Positions 1 through 10,182 are shown, numbered from the stretch's first letter. The stretch: 64,000 nt of DNA from Candidatus Yonathbacteria bacterium RIFOXYD1_FULL_52_36 (GCA_001823605.1 MHUZ01000034.1:38589-102588), one strand, 5' to 3'. Numbers and translations are program-made. The notes: generated from the letters alone by a model not told the origin.

Positions 1-546
1 AGGTCGCCTGAAAACACAACGGTCTTTCCATTACGGGAGAGTTCGATCATCGCTGAACCAAGAATGTGTCCTGCGTCACGGAACACCGCCGTAACTCCAC
101 CAGGAAGCTCAACCGGCTCACGATACGGAACTGATTCCCAGAGCGCCATCGTGTGCTCCACATCATCTTCTCCATACAAAAGCTCTTTCCCTTCAGCCTG
201 TGCTTCCTTGCGAAGGACGCCCATACTGTCGGTCATGATAAGTTCCGCCATCGCCTTGGTGGGTGCGGTCGAGTAAATGGCACCCGAAAACCCTTCTTTG
301 ATGAGGCGCGGGATACGTCCCACATGGTCAAGGTGCGCATGGGTAACCAAAAGTACGTCAACCTCACGCGGGTCAAACAAAAACGGTTCACGGTTTTTTT
401 CATCGCACACCTTTTCACACTGAAAAAGTCCGCAATCAACCATGAGCTTGACCGGCTTCCCCTCCCCGGAGAGCGTTACCAGAAAATTTGATCCTGTTAC
501 CATTCCCGATGCACCGTAAAATCCGATCGTAGTCTTATCAGCCATA
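1..546 (-). CDS. MBL-fold metallo-hydrolase, N-terminal part (gene continues beyond window start). Translation from 546 reads MADKTTIGFYGASGMVTGSNFLVTLSGEGKPVKLMVDCGLF...LLVTHAHLDHVGRIP.
   Basis: Manual reverse-strand translation is open to the window edge. HxHxDH metallo-beta-lactamase motif present. Not in the ORF track because there is no in-window stop. Confidence 0.6.
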
Positions 547-549
547 AAA

Positions 550-924
550 TTATTTCTTGCTTGTAGTATTTCTCCTGGTAAGAACTGCGGTTACTGCGCC
601 TACCATGTCAAACATGAGGTCTTGTTGCGTATCGATCGAATCGCCAATAGCATCGAGGCCGAACTCAAACACCTCCCACGATGCACCGACCACAAGGACC
701 GCCGCGAGTGCGGTGCCAAGGCGCCTCCCGAACGACGCTTGGGGCATACGCGTACCGAGAGCCCACAGCGTCACGGCACTGATCCAAAACCCGCCAAAAA
801 AATGCATCGGAATATCGAACCACCAGATCGTATAGTACCAATGGAAAAAGTTTGCGAGTCCGTTGGCGATCGCGATCAGGAGAACGAGCGCTACCAGGGA
901 GCGCGGAAACGTACTCGATTTCAT
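550..924 (-). CDS. small integral membrane protein, hypothetical
   Basis: 124-aa ORF with 3-4 hydrophobic helices (WYYTIWWFDIPMHFFGGFWISAVTLWALG). Confidence 0.45.
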   Translation of the reverse strand: MKSSTFPRSLVALVLLIAIANGLANFFHWYYTIWWFDIPMHFFGGFWISAVTLWALGTRMPQASFGRRLGTALAAVLVVGASWEVFEFGLDAIGDSIDTQQDLMFDMVGAVTAVLTRRNTTSKK

Positions 925-1203
925 GCTTCTTAGTATACCAGAAAACCAGGGCTTCTTCTGTACGAAAAACCCCCTGCCTGAGGCAGAGGGTCATGCGAAG
1001 GGCTACGTTGGAATATTAGCCCTAGAGATGAATCTAGGTGGGTGCTCTCAGCAATGCGCCACGGCGCAGTACGATTCGAACTCCCGTGCTTAATATCTTT
1101 AGTCTAGATAATATCCCAAGTAACCCTTCCTTAAGTATACGCCCGCGTAAACCGGCTGCAATATTGACTCTAACTTTCTATAATGTTGTAACGTGTCAGG
1201 CAT

Positions 1204-1233
1204 CAAAAAATCCCGCACGGTGCGGGATTTTTT
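1204..1233. terminator. bidirectional rho-independent terminator (AAAAAATCCCGCAC-GG-TGCGGGATTTTTT) downstream of ndk
   Basis: Perfect 12-bp stem flanked by A- and T-tracts on both sides. Confidence 0.75.
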
Positions 1234-1255
1234 ACGCTCACCAAACCTCCATTCT

Positions 1256-1858
1256 CTACTCAAGAATGCCGTCAAGGTTCACGTCGTACAGGATCTCATC
1301 CTGAACAAGGCGATACTTAACGATCTCATCCTCGGTAAACCAGAGATTGATCTCCCGTTCCGCCTCAGACACCTCGTCGGTGCAGTGCAATAAGTTGCGC
1401 ACTGCGCGACCGTCCATACTTGAGAGTTCGTATGAGTCGATCATGAGGTCCCCGCGGATCGTACCGACGTCTGAGGTAAGCGGTTCGGTCGTTCCCACAA
1501 GCTTTTTCACGATAGCCACCGCCTGGTTTCCCTCAACCACCATTGCGAGAACAGGGCCTGAGGTGAGCAAGCTGACACACCCACGGATGATATCTTTACC
1601 GTATTCGATTGGCTCTTTTTCCACCGGCATACTCTGATTTTTAAGGTCTTCAACAGTGCGTAGTCCCTTTTTGAGGAACCATTCGTCGTTTTTATTGTAG
1701 TGATCCCAGCATTGCTCATCCTTGGGAACAATAAACTTCATGGCGACAAATTTTAGACCGGTTCGTTCAATACGGCCAAGGATCTCACTCATGAGACTTC
1801 TTTGGATCGCATCGGGCTTTAAGATAACCAGTGTCCTCTCTTTCTTCGGATGTGCCAT
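1256..1858 (-). CDS. ndk: nucleoside diphosphate kinase (long form)
   Basis: ERTLVILKPDAIQR...GNQAVAIVKKLVG motifs of NDK. Start chosen at MAHPKKERT. Confidence 0.8.
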   Translation of the reverse strand: MAHPKKERTLVILKPDAIQRSLMSEILGRIERTGLKFVAMKFIVPKDEQCWDHYNKNDEWFLKKGLRTVEDLKNQSMPVEKEPIEYGKDIIRGCVSLLTSGPVLAMVVEGNQAVAIVKKLVGTTEPLTSDVGTIRGDLMIDSYELSSMDGRAVRNLLHCTDEVSEAEREINLWFTEDEIVKYRLVQDEILYDVNLDGILE

Positions 1859-1934
1859 AAATATATCAGTAACTAGCAAATAGAGCCCTCATAGTACCAG
1901 ACTCGGGTCAAAAATCAATGCCGACAGAACTACC

Positions 1935-4694
1935 TTATCCCGTGCGATACTTCCGCATGATCTCTGCTTCCACTTCTTCGCGCGGACGGCCATAGAGGAG
2001 CGCGGAGAGCTCTTTTAATTTTGGCACGATCTCCGGATTTCCGGGCGTTGGCGGGAGCGTCGCAATGTTGAACGGGCGCGATGGTACGCCATTCACGAGC
2101 ATCTTTACGTACGCGTTCCTGTTCTCAACCTTGATGATATCTTGCGCAGTGAACGTCGGCTTGAATTCTTCCTGCAAGAACTCGGCATCTTCGGTACCCA
2201 CACGGAACACCACTTTTGAGCCAACGTTGCCGAAGACCGCATTCCTAATATTATCTTCGAGCTGTTTAATATACTGGTGCGCGACCGTAAGCGAGAGGCG
2301 GTACTTACGTGCCTCAGAGAGGATAGTCGCGATCGAATCGGTGGTCACATTCTGAAATTCGTCTATATAAAGATAGAAGTCCGCCGGCTTCTCTCCGCGC
2401 GCGAGCATATCGGTTCGCGAAAGCGCTGCCATGAGGATCTTCCCCACCAGCACAAGACCGATCAAGTTCGAGTTGATCTCTCCCAAGCGCCCCTTGGAAA
2501 GATTCACCAAAAAGATCTTTTTCTGGTCCATGATATCGCGGAAATTGAACGCTGAACGCTCCTGCGCAATGATCGGGCGCATCACGTCATTCGTGATGAA
2601 CACGTCAAACTTGTTGGTGACATAGGGAACATAGTTGGCAAGTCCCTGATCGCCGGTCGTTTTTTCGGCATTATCCCAGAACTGCTTAATGATAGGGTTC
2701 TTACAGCGTGAAAGCTTTAGGTCGCGAAATGCCTTATCCGAGAGTACTCGTCCGATCTCAAGGAGCGTGTTCCCCGAGGAGGGGTCATCCATCACAAGGA
2801 GTGCTGAGTTTCTAAAATATTGCTCAAATGCCGGTCCACCGGCAGTCTTCATATCAAACAATTTGTTAAAGATCGCCAAAAGCTCGTTCGCCACAAAGAT
2901 CTTCTGTTCGGGGAACCGTACATCGTATTCAAGCATATTGAGTCCCATAGGGCGCTCGGTCGCTGCCGGATCAAAATAAATGACGTCATTAATGCGCTCG
3001 CGGGGAATATTCGCCAAAATATCCTCAATATCATTCCCGTGAGGATCAATGAAACACACACCATCGCCGTTTTTGATATCCTGCACGATCATGTTCTTAA
3101 GGAGCGTGGTTTTACCGGTTCCGGTCTGACCGATAACGTACATGTGGCGCACACGATCCTCCTCTGTCATTCGCACCTCGGTTTCCTGCCCCTGGTAGCG
3201 GTTCACGCCGAGCACCACGCCTTGGTTCGGTACATCCACGGGCGCTGGCGCATTCTTGCCTGACACCGCCTGTTTTAATTTGGGCGCATCAAGACGCGTG
3301 ACCGGATAATGAAAGATCGTAGTGAGCTCTTTAGTCGAAAGCTCCATTACCTCTTCAGGAGCGTAGGTGCGAAAAATAAATTCGCGCAACAGTTTTATTC
3401 TTTGAGCGCCTTCAACGTTCTTAAACGCGATCCGATTTCCCACTCCCGTATCAGCAAACTGTTGGAACGCTGACTCGACCTCAAGAAGGATCGCGCGGGC
3501 GCGTACATCATCAGCAGCAGATGCCACTACGCGAATGTTCGTATCCACAACCGGTGTTGAGGTCTTTTTCTCGATCGCTTCGATCAAGCGCTGGTTGACT
3601 TCTTTTTCTGCTGACCGCTTCTCGCCTTCATCTTTTTTCGACGCACCAAAGAAGAGCTCCTTTGCCGATTCTGCAAATTCGTGCGCAACACCTGCTAGTT
3701 CACTTTGAAGCGCCTCTTTGAGCGGGATTCCTTTCTTGATACGCTCTAAAACCTTTCTGTACTCATTGGTGCGAATATGAGAGACCGGAGAAACCACGAT
3801 CTGCACCGCCGCACCCTCCCCTTCACGCTTCATTTTTGAAAAGACGCTCAGCAATACCTGGAGCGGATCATACTGAAATGTATCGTACGTCTTGAGTGGC
3901 AAAATATCTTCTTCCGCAAGGCGCGCATACCCACCAACCGTTGCTCCACTATCTTCAAAAGGATTGTAGTCTTCTCTGTGCTCCCGAAGAGTCACCCCGG
4001 GGAAGATCGCGCGGACATGCTTCTCGAACAAGTCCGCACGGTCGATCGGCACTGCGGTATAAAAAATGATCTCATCGCTGTAATTTGAAAGTGCGATCTC
4101 GATCGTAAAGTGCACATCGGAAACTCCCCCTTTGGGATCTTTGGTGAGTGAGAGCATGCCGGCATAGAATTGCTCCATCTTGGCGACAAGCTCGGCAAAC
4201 GTACGCTTTTCATCGTCATCATCCTCATTCTGAAGCGTCACTTCATACAGCTTCATGCGGAGAGCACCAAAAAGCCTGCCTCCCTGCTCGAGACCGGGAA
4301 TCGGCAACTGTTCTCCCACATACTGAACCAAGAAACGATGGAAGTCATCTTCAAGGTGGGGGTTTTTTGACCGCTCGGCCATGACCAGCGCAGTCTTGAG
4401 CCCTTTCGAGCGCATCACCTCAATGAGTTCGTCCACCCGTCCTTCGTGTGATTCCGACATATTGAGCACTTCGCGCTCAATATGATCAATCGGGTCAAGG
4501 TTCCCCTGTTTGTAGACAGCGATCTCTTCACGGATCATCCGTTCTCTCCCCTCCTGTGAACTAGGTTTCTCGGGCAGGGTGATCTGCTCACGCTCGGCAA
4601 CCTTGGCGCGCAAATACGCGATCTCCTCTTCAGGAGTTTTGAAGTGCGTTCCGGAAAATGTTTCCGGCGCCTTGGTGCCGAATGAAATGTTCAT
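1935..4694 (-). CDS. TraG/TraD/VirD4(TrwB)-family coupling-protein-like P-loop ATPase (FtsK/HerA superfamily), cytoplasmic with no N-terminal TM segment
   Basis: Walker A GQTGTGKTT followed by FIDPHGN (DPKG-like motif of VirD4/TrwB). Walker B LYIDEFQNV. 919 aa. No hydrophobic N-terminus. Confidence 0.6.
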   Translation of the reverse strand: MNISFGTKAPETFSGTHFKTPEEEIAYLRAKVAEREQITLPEKPSSQEGRERMIREEIAVYKQGNLDPIDHIEREVLNMSESHEGRVDELIEVMRSKGLKTALVMAERSKNPHLEDDFHRFLVQYVGEQLPIPGLEQGGRLFGALRMKLYEVTLQNEDDDDEKRTFAELVAKMEQFYAGMLSLTKDPKGGVSDVHFTIEIALSNYSDEIIFYTAVPIDRADLFEKHVRAIFPGVTLREHREDYNPFEDSGATVGGYARLAEEDILPLKTYDTFQYDPLQVLLSVFSKMKREGEGAAVQIVVSPVSHIRTNEYRKVLERIKKGIPLKEALQSELAGVAHEFAESAKELFFGASKKDEGEKRSAEKEVNQRLIEAIEKKTSTPVVDTNIRVVASAADDVRARAILLEVESAFQQFADTGVGNRIAFKNVEGAQRIKLLREFIFRTYAPEEVMELSTKELTTIFHYPVTRLDAPKLKQAVSGKNAPAPVDVPNQGVVLGVNRYQGQETEVRMTEEDRVRHMYVIGQTGTGKTTLLKNMIVQDIKNGDGVCFIDPHGNDIEDILANIPRERINDVIYFDPAATERPMGLNMLEYDVRFPEQKIFVANELLAIFNKLFDMKTAGGPAFEQYFRNSALLVMDDPSSGNTLLEIGRVLSDKAFRDLKLSRCKNPIIKQFWDNAEKTTGDQGLANYVPYVTNKFDVFITNDVMRPIIAQERSAFNFRDIMDQKKIFLVNLSKGRLGEINSNLIGLVLVGKILMAALSRTDMLARGEKPADFYLYIDEFQNVTTDSIATILSEARKYRLSLTVAHQYIKQLEDNIRNAVFGNVGSKVVFRVGTEDAEFLQEEFKPTFTAQDIIKVENRNAYVKMLVNGVPSRPFNIATLPPTPGNPEIVPKLKELSALLYGRPREEVEAEIMRKYRTG

Positions 4695-4741
4695 CCCTTC
4701 TATTATACTGCCCTTCGCATCGAGGGCAAAACACGTTTACC

Positions 4742-5509
4742 CTACGAAAGCGCGGTCAATACCTCGTGTCCTCCCTCAGTGATCAAAATAGTATGTTCAA
4801 AATGCGCACTGCGCTTGCCGTCGGCGGTCTTAAAGGTATAGCCGTCTGGATCAAGGAGAATGCCGCGCGTCCCTTCATTGAGCATCGGCTCGATCGCAAT
4901 CACCATCCCGGGGCGGAACCGCGCACCAGGGGACTTCTGAGTGAAATTTGGAATGTAGGGCTCCTCGTGCACATGACGCCCTACGCCGTGCCCACCCAAT
5001 TCGCGAATGATGCCATAGCGCGAACCCACAAATTTGCCGATCGCGTTGCCAATATCTCCCACCCGTCCTTCCGGACCAACTACCGAAATTGCTTCATCGA
5101 GCGCTCGTTTTGTGGTGTCGATCAACACGCGCGCGGCCTCATCAACAGTCCCTACCGGCACCGTCATTGCCATGTCAACAAAAAATCCCTTGTGGCGTAG
5201 ACCGAGGTCGATCCCAATGATGTCGCCCTCTTTGAGCACATGATCCGCACGCGGAATACCGTGCACGATCTCGTCATTCACCGACGTACAGAGTGTCGCC
5301 GGATAGGGATAGTGCGCACCATCAGGGATGTATCCAAGAAACGCCGGCTCATCTCCCCCTTCACGGATGAGTTTCTCGGCGAGTGCGTCGAGATCTTTGG
5401 TAGAGACGCCGGGGTGAACCGCACCACGAACCAGCACAAGGATCGTGGCGAGACGTTTCCCTCCTTCGCGCAGATGCTGTATTTCTTCCTGTGTGTACGT
5501 CGTGATCAT
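4742..5509 (-). CDS. map: methionine aminopeptidase type I
   Basis: Pita-bread fold signature (IGIDLGLRHKGFFVDMAMTV...GHGVGRHVHEEP). Confidence 0.9.
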   Translation of the reverse strand: MITTYTQEEIQHLREGGKRLATILVLVRGAVHPGVSTKDLDALAEKLIREGGDEPAFLGYIPDGAHYPYPATLCTSVNDEIVHGIPRADHVLKEGDIIGIDLGLRHKGFFVDMAMTVPVGTVDEAARVLIDTTKRALDEAISVVGPEGRVGDIGNAIGKFVGSRYGIIRELGGHGVGRHVHEEPYIPNFTQKSPGARFRPGMVIAIEPMLNEGTRGILLDPDGYTFKTADGKRSAHFEHTILITEGGHEVLTALS

Positions 5510-5513
5510 TTAA

Positions 5514-6110
5514 TTAAAGTTCTTCGCCGCAGACCTGCTTTACGATATCTTGATGCACCTCTTCGATACTACGCTCGCCGTTAATATCCAAAAATGTGTA
5601 GTATGGATCAGACCGAAAGTGTTCGATCACCGGCAAGACTTCCTTCTCAAACCAATCGAGGCGGCTATTGATATACTCATCAGTATCATCTTTGCGGCCG
5701 CGTGCTTTCATGAGGTCGTAGGAGAACTGGCGAGAGGTGTTGAGATATACGATATGCGGATTCTTGACGCCATAAAACTTGAACGCTGAGGTGAGGATTG
5801 ATGCCTCATGAATACGCCGCGAAACACCGTCCAAGATCAGGTGTTCATTGCCGGTGTACTGTTTGAGGAGGAAATCAGACCAGATCCAAACAGGCAAAAA
5901 CTCTGGCATGAGTTTTCCATGTTCCATAACCTCCTTGGTAAGCTTGTTGGAGAGGCCGTCGCCAAGCGTAAAGTCGCGAAGGCGGGCGCCCGTCTCCATA
6001 TAGAGCACTTCTTTGTCCCCTTTTTCTTTGAGGCAATCTATGAGCAGTTTTGCCTGAGTGCCCTTTCCTGAGCCTGATTTTCCAAAAAATACGAGTGTTT
6101 TTGCGTCCAT
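5514..6110 (-). CDS. adk: adenylate kinase
   Basis: P-loop GKSGSGKGTQAKLL. Position after secY as in the spc operon. Start at MDAKTLVFF. Confidence 0.8.
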   Translation of the reverse strand: MDAKTLVFFGKSGSGKGTQAKLLIDCLKEKGDKEVLYMETGARLRDFTLGDGLSNKLTKEVMEHGKLMPEFLPVWIWSDFLLKQYTGNEHLILDGVSRRIHEASILTSAFKFYGVKNPHIVYLNTSRQFSYDLMKARGRKDDTDEYINSRLDWFEKEVLPVIEHFRSDPYYTFLDINGERSIEEVHQDIVKQVCGEEL

Positions 6111-6225
6111 TTGATATATAAGGATAGATACTAATGCAATACGACCACCATACCACAGAGCACCCGTTCGCCCAAACAAAATCCCCGCAGAGCGGGGATT
6201 TTGTTTGGGTAATTAAATGAGCGTT

Positions 6226-7494
6226 CTAATACTCTCTCATGGAGATCTGAGCATCGATCTTTTTGATAAGATCGGTCACCACAGAAACAACAATGAGGAG
6301 TGCTGTGCCACCAATGGCGAGAGATGTGGTTCCCGTAATGGACTGCATGACGAACGGGAGCACTGCCACAAATCCAAGGAAGATCGCGCCTACGAGCGTG
6401 ATGCGCGTAAGAACTTTGGCAAGATACTCTGCAGTTGATTTACCAGGACGAACACCAGGGATGAATGCGCCGTTCTTCTGAAGATTGGTCGCGACTGATT
6501 CCGGCTCAAACGTCACGGCGGTGTAGAAGAAGGTAAAAAGAAACACGAGTGAGAAGTAAAGGATACCGTTCACCCACTGGTTACCGATGAATGAGCTGAT
6601 CCCCTGCGCAATATTCCTCACTGTCTCGTTCTCTGCGCCCGAGAGAACACTTACCAGCATTTGCGGAAACACCAAAATAGAAAGTGCGAAAATGATCGGA
6701 ATCACGCCGGCTTGGTTGATGCGGAGCGGGAGGTAGGTTGAGGTGCCGCCATATACCTTCATGCCGCGCACGCGCTTTGCATAGGTGATTGGGATCGGAC
6801 GCTCTGCTTCAGTCACGATCACCACGCCCAAAATAATAATGATCGAAGTGATCAAAAATCCGAGATAAAGCGGAATCTGCGAAACATCAAATTTAAAGAG
6901 GTTCTGGGCAATGAGCGCAGGGAGCCCGGCAACAATACCCGCAAAAATCACGAGTGACGTACCGTTTCCGATACCAAATTCTGAAATAAGCTCACCGATC
7001 CACATGATGAGGACTGCGCCACCGACAATGATCGCCGTGTTGATGATCATGTCTGTCCCTGAAATTGCCCCCAACATTCCCTGTGTCTTCAGGTACACCA
7101 AGAGCGCATATCCTTGAATGATCGCCAGAGGCACGGTGAGGAGCCGCGAGTATTGCGTAAATCTTCGGCGCCCCATTTCCCCTTCCTCGTGGTACATCGC
7201 CTTAAGGCGCGATGACATCATGGTTGAGAGTTGCATGATGATCGAGGCAGTGATGTACGGACCCACGCCGAGCATCATGAGCGATACTGCCGAAAGTCCG
7301 CCTCCCGTGAGTACGTTAAAGAATCCGAGAGCGTTGTTCTCAGCAAGAAGACCTGCGGCACTCCCTCCCGCTGCGGCAGGGATAGGGATATTTGCCAACA
7401 GACGAAACAGGGCGAGTGCGCCCAGCACAAAGAGGATGCGATTGCGCAACGTTGCGTCGGTGAGCACCATTTTGATCTTTGCAAAAAAATTCAT
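6226..7494 (-). CDS. secY: preprotein translocase subunit SecY
   Basis: 10-TM protein with SecY plug and hinge motifs. Conserved position after rplO. Confidence 0.9.
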   Translation of the reverse strand: MNFFAKIKMVLTDATLRNRILFVLGALALFRLLANIPIPAAAGGSAAGLLAENNALGFFNVLTGGGLSAVSLMMLGVGPYITASIIMQLSTMMSSRLKAMYHEEGEMGRRRFTQYSRLLTVPLAIIQGYALLVYLKTQGMLGAISGTDMIINTAIIVGGAVLIMWIGELISEFGIGNGTSLVIFAGIVAGLPALIAQNLFKFDVSQIPLYLGFLITSIIIILGVVIVTEAERPIPITYAKRVRGMKVYGGTSTYLPLRINQAGVIPIIFALSILVFPQMLVSVLSGAENETVRNIAQGISSFIGNQWVNGILYFSLVFLFTFFYTAVTFEPESVATNLQKNGAFIPGVRPGKSTAEYLAKVLTRITLVGAIFLGFVAVLPFVMQSITGTTSLAIGGTALLIVVSVVTDLIKKIDAQISMREY

Positions 7495-7526
7495 TGTGTG
7501 TGGTGGCCCGCGTTATGAGTAGGCTC

Positions 7527-7976
7527 TTATTCTACGATCGCCCCGCCTGCTTTCTTCACTGCTTCACGTACGCCTCCCGAGACGAGGCATCCTGCGATAT
7601 AAACCTTTTTTGAGATCTCAGTTCCCAAAACCTTTACCTGCGGAACGCGTCCTTTCACGGTCTTGATGAGCCCTTTCATGATGAGCGTATCAGGAGTGAC
7701 CTGTGCGCCATTATCAAAGAGTGCTTCAATACGCCCAAGCGTAACGCTTACGGGGCGTACGCGCGTAGCAACAACCGTGCGTGCGCGGTTTTTTCCGTGT
7801 CCGCGAAGTTTCGGCATCTTCTTGATGGTATCGCGAAGTTCAGGACGTTTCTTGTTTCCTGCACGTGCAGTCTGTCCCTTCCCGCCGCGACCTGAAGTCT
7901 TACCGCGTTTTCCGCCGCGTCCAACACGCTGTTCTTTCTTGTGGGGATTTTTCCTTTTGAGTTCGTGGATCTGCAT
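7527..7976 (-). CDS. rplO: 50S ribosomal protein L15
   Basis: G/R/K-rich N-terminus (RVGRGGKRGKTSGRGGKGQ) and L15 C-terminal domain. Confidence 0.9.
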   Translation of the reverse strand: MQIHELKRKNPHKKEQRVGRGGKRGKTSGRGGKGQTARAGNKKRPELRDTIKKMPKLRGHGKNRARTVVATRVRPVSVTLGRIEALFDNGAQVTPDTLIMKGLIKTVKGRVPQVKVLGTEISKKVYIAGCLVSGGVREAVKKAGGAIVE

Positions 7977-7986
7977 AGTGATTTCG

Positions 7987-8700
7987 TTATGCCTTCACTG
8001 CTTCTTCCGGAGCTACTTCTTCTGCCGGTGCTGCTACAACCTTCTCTCCGCCCTTGGGGCGCTGCATCTGAGAAAGTGCCTCGATTGCGGCGCGTGCAAT
8101 ATTCAATTTATTTTTGCTTCCTGAGAAGATCTTTGCCCCAACGTCCGTAATACCCGCGAGGTCAAGCACCACACGAACTGCGCTTCCTGCGACAATACCG
8201 CGTCCCGGAGCAGGCATGATGCGTACGACCGCGCTTGAGTACTTTGCCTCAACTTCGTGAGGGATAGAGCTCTGCTTGGTGAGTGCGATCTTTATTGCGT
8301 TCTTTTTTGCACTGCGCATCGCCTTTTCGATCGCCGAGGCGGTGTCGCCGGACTTTCCGGTTCCTACACCAACCTTACCCTTGCGGTCTCCCGCAACAAG
8401 TGAAACCGCAAAACTGAAGCGGCGGCCTCCGGCGACCACACGGGCCACACGGCGTACATCGATCGTCTTGTGATCGTACTCGGGTCGAGCGCGCTCAAAA
8501 CCACCACGGCGCTCACCGCGCTTTCCGCCCGGCTTACCACCGCCACGCTGAGGACCACCGCGTCCACCACGGTCGCCGCCACGAAAACGGTTACCGCCTG
8601 CGCGTGCACCGTCTCTCGGAGCAGCCTGGGGAGCGGTGGGGGTAGCAGCCGCTGGTGCGACTATCCCTGCCTCGTTCGTTGTTGTAGGTTCTGAAGACAT
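7987..8700 (-). CDS. rpsE: 30S ribosomal protein S5 with a long Gly/Arg/Pro-rich N-terminal extension
   Basis: S5 dsRBD and C-domain (RRFSFAVSLVAGDRKGKVGVGTGKSGDTASAIEKA). About 70-aa low-complexity N-terminus. Confidence 0.85.
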   Translation of the reverse strand: MSSEPTTTNEAGIVAPAAATPTAPQAAPRDGARAGGNRFRGGDRGGRGGPQRGGGKPGGKRGERRGGFERARPEYDHKTIDVRRVARVVAGGRRFSFAVSLVAGDRKGKVGVGTGKSGDTASAIEKAMRSAKKNAIKIALTKQSSIPHEVEAKYSSAVVRIMPAPGRGIVAGSAVRVVLDLAGITDVGAKIFSGSKNKLNIARAAIEALSQMQRPKGGEKVVAAPAEEVAPEEAVKA

Positions 8701-8703
8701 ATA

Positions 8704-9060
8704 CTAGAAAATAAGACCGCCTTCGCGTGCGCCGAGAGCCAAAGCTTTCACGCGTCCTGTGTAAAGAAACCCTCCGCGATCGAACACGACCTGTTCAACA
8801 CCTTTTGCTTTAGCAAGTTTTGCAAGCGCCGTACCCACAGCGTGTGCGCGCTCTGTCTTTACTTTTCCTTCTTTGACGCCAAGGTCAGATGCAGAAGCGA
8901 TCGTTACGCCCAGATCATCATTGATGAGCTGTGCATACATGTACCGATTCGACTTGAAGACCGCAAGGCGAGGGCGCGCTTCCGTGCCTGAAACCTTAGC
9001 GCGCACTCGTGTGTGCCGCCTTGTGCGTGCTTCTTTTTTTGTATTTGAAAGTGTTTTCAT
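8704..9060 (-). CDS. rplR: 50S ribosomal protein L18
   Basis: [30 protein letters not shown] signature. Confidence 0.9.
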   Translation of the reverse strand: MKTLSNTKKEARTRRHTRVRAKVSGTEARPRLAVFKSNRYMYAQLINDDLGVTIASASDLGVKEGKVKTERAHAVGTALAKLAKAKGVEQVVFDRGGFLYTGRVKALALGAREGGLIF

Positions 9061-9069
9061 ACCTCTCTA

Positions 9070-9603
9070 TTATGCGGCTTTCTTACCCTCCTTACGACGA
9101 ACGACCTCCTTGTCGTAGCGGATACCCTTACCCTTGTACGGCTCAGGCTTCTTCCATGAGCGGATCACTGCGGCAAAGCCACCGACCACTTCTTTGTTAA
9201 TACCTGAAAGTGTCAGGGTGCTCTTCTCGAGCGTTGCGGTAACCCCTTCCGGAACATCAAGATTGACCTTGTGTGAAAATCCGACCGAGAGCACGAGCTT
9301 GTTGCCCGAGACCTCCATCTTGTACCCAACACCTTCGATCAAGAGTTTTTTCTGGAACGGTGTTACGACGCCTTCGATCATGTTTTTGATGTGTGCGGCG
9401 TACGTTCCCCACAATGAGCGAGCAAACTTTGTTTCTTTGAGCGGAGCGAACGTTACCGTTCCTTCTTCGATATTGATCGCCACATCAGGAAGAAACGAGC
9501 GCGTAAGCGTTCCGAGGGGTCCTTTTACCGTAACAACGTCTCCGGTTTTTTCTACCGTGACTTTTTCCGGAATGATGAGAATTTGTTTTCCAATTCGTGA
9601 CAT
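9070..9603 (-). CDS. rplF: 50S ribosomal protein L6
   Basis: MSRIGKQILIIPEKVTV...two L6 repeats. Start at internal Met of the ORF. Confidence 0.9.
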   Translation of the reverse strand: MSRIGKQILIIPEKVTVEKTGDVVTVKGPLGTLTRSFLPDVAINIEEGTVTFAPLKETKFARSLWGTYAAHIKNMIEGVVTPFQKKLLIEGVGYKMEVSGNKLVLSVGFSHKVNLDVPEGVTATLEKSTLTLSGINKEVVGGFAAVIRSWKKPEPYKGKGIRYDKEVVRRKEGKKAA

Positions 9604-9607
9604 ATAA

Positions 9608-10003
9608 TTACCAGATCTTAAACAACATCTCACCGCCAACCGACTCCTTTCGTGCCTCAGAACCCGAGAGCACCCCTTTAGGCGTTGAGAGCATGATCAA
9701 TCCGTATCCGTTACGAACCGGCTTGAGACCTTTTGCTCCGCAGTAAAGGCGACGTGACGGCTTCGAGATACGCTCGACTCCTTTCAACTTCGGTGTCTTG
9801 CGCTCGTCATAGGCAAGTTCGATCTCAAGAAGTTTGATCGCTTTCTTCCCCTTCTTTTCAATACTTACAATGTAGCCGTGACGCTTGAGCGCCTCAGCAA
9901 TCGCCAGTACGAATTTTGAATGCTGCACCGTTACCGTCGGGTGTCGGACAACACCCGCGTTCTTGATGCGATTCAACATGTCTGCAACAGGATCGGTTAC
10001 CAT
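9608..10003 (-). CDS. rpsH: 30S ribosomal protein S8
   Basis: [14 protein letters not shown]-terminus. Confidence 0.9.
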   Translation of the reverse strand: MVTDPVADMLNRIKNAGVVRHPTVTVQHSKFVLAIAEALKRHGYIVSIEKKGKKAIKLLEIELAYDERKTPKLKGVERISKPSRRLYCGAKGLKPVRNGYGLIMLSTPKGVLSGSEARKESVGGEMLFKIW

Positions 10004-10182
10004 GATGATTTCCTTACGCCGGGAATAACGCCTTCGTTGGCAAGTTCACGGAAGCAGATGCGGCAGAGTTCAAAATCGCGCATATACCCCCTCTTTCGAC
10101 CGCACTTAAAACAGCGGCGCACGGTGCGCGTGCTGTACTTTGGCTCCTTTAGTGAGCGTGCAATTACTGATGTTTTTGCCAT
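9997..10182 (-). CDS. rpsN: 30S ribosomal protein S14 type Z (zinc-ribbon form)
   Basis: 61 aa. CFKCGRK...CRIC zinc-binding CxxC...CxxC. Confidence 0.9.
   Translation of the reverse strand: MAKTSVIARSLKEPKYSTRTVRRCFKCGRKRGYMRDFELCRICFRELANEGVIPGVRKSSW

Noticed and set aside
1000-1095. Possible tRNA gene suggested by the TTCGAAC / GTTCGAATC T-loop-like motif
   Set aside because: No 5-bp T-stem, acceptor stem or anticodon arm could be built on either strand, so it does not fold as a tRNA. Kept only as a generic candidate ncRNA finding.
8276-8694. Plus- and minus-strand ORFs inside the rpsE N-terminal extension region
   Set aside because: Alternative frames of the GC-rich low-complexity S5 extension. 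The S5 frame is supported by the conserved domains downstream.
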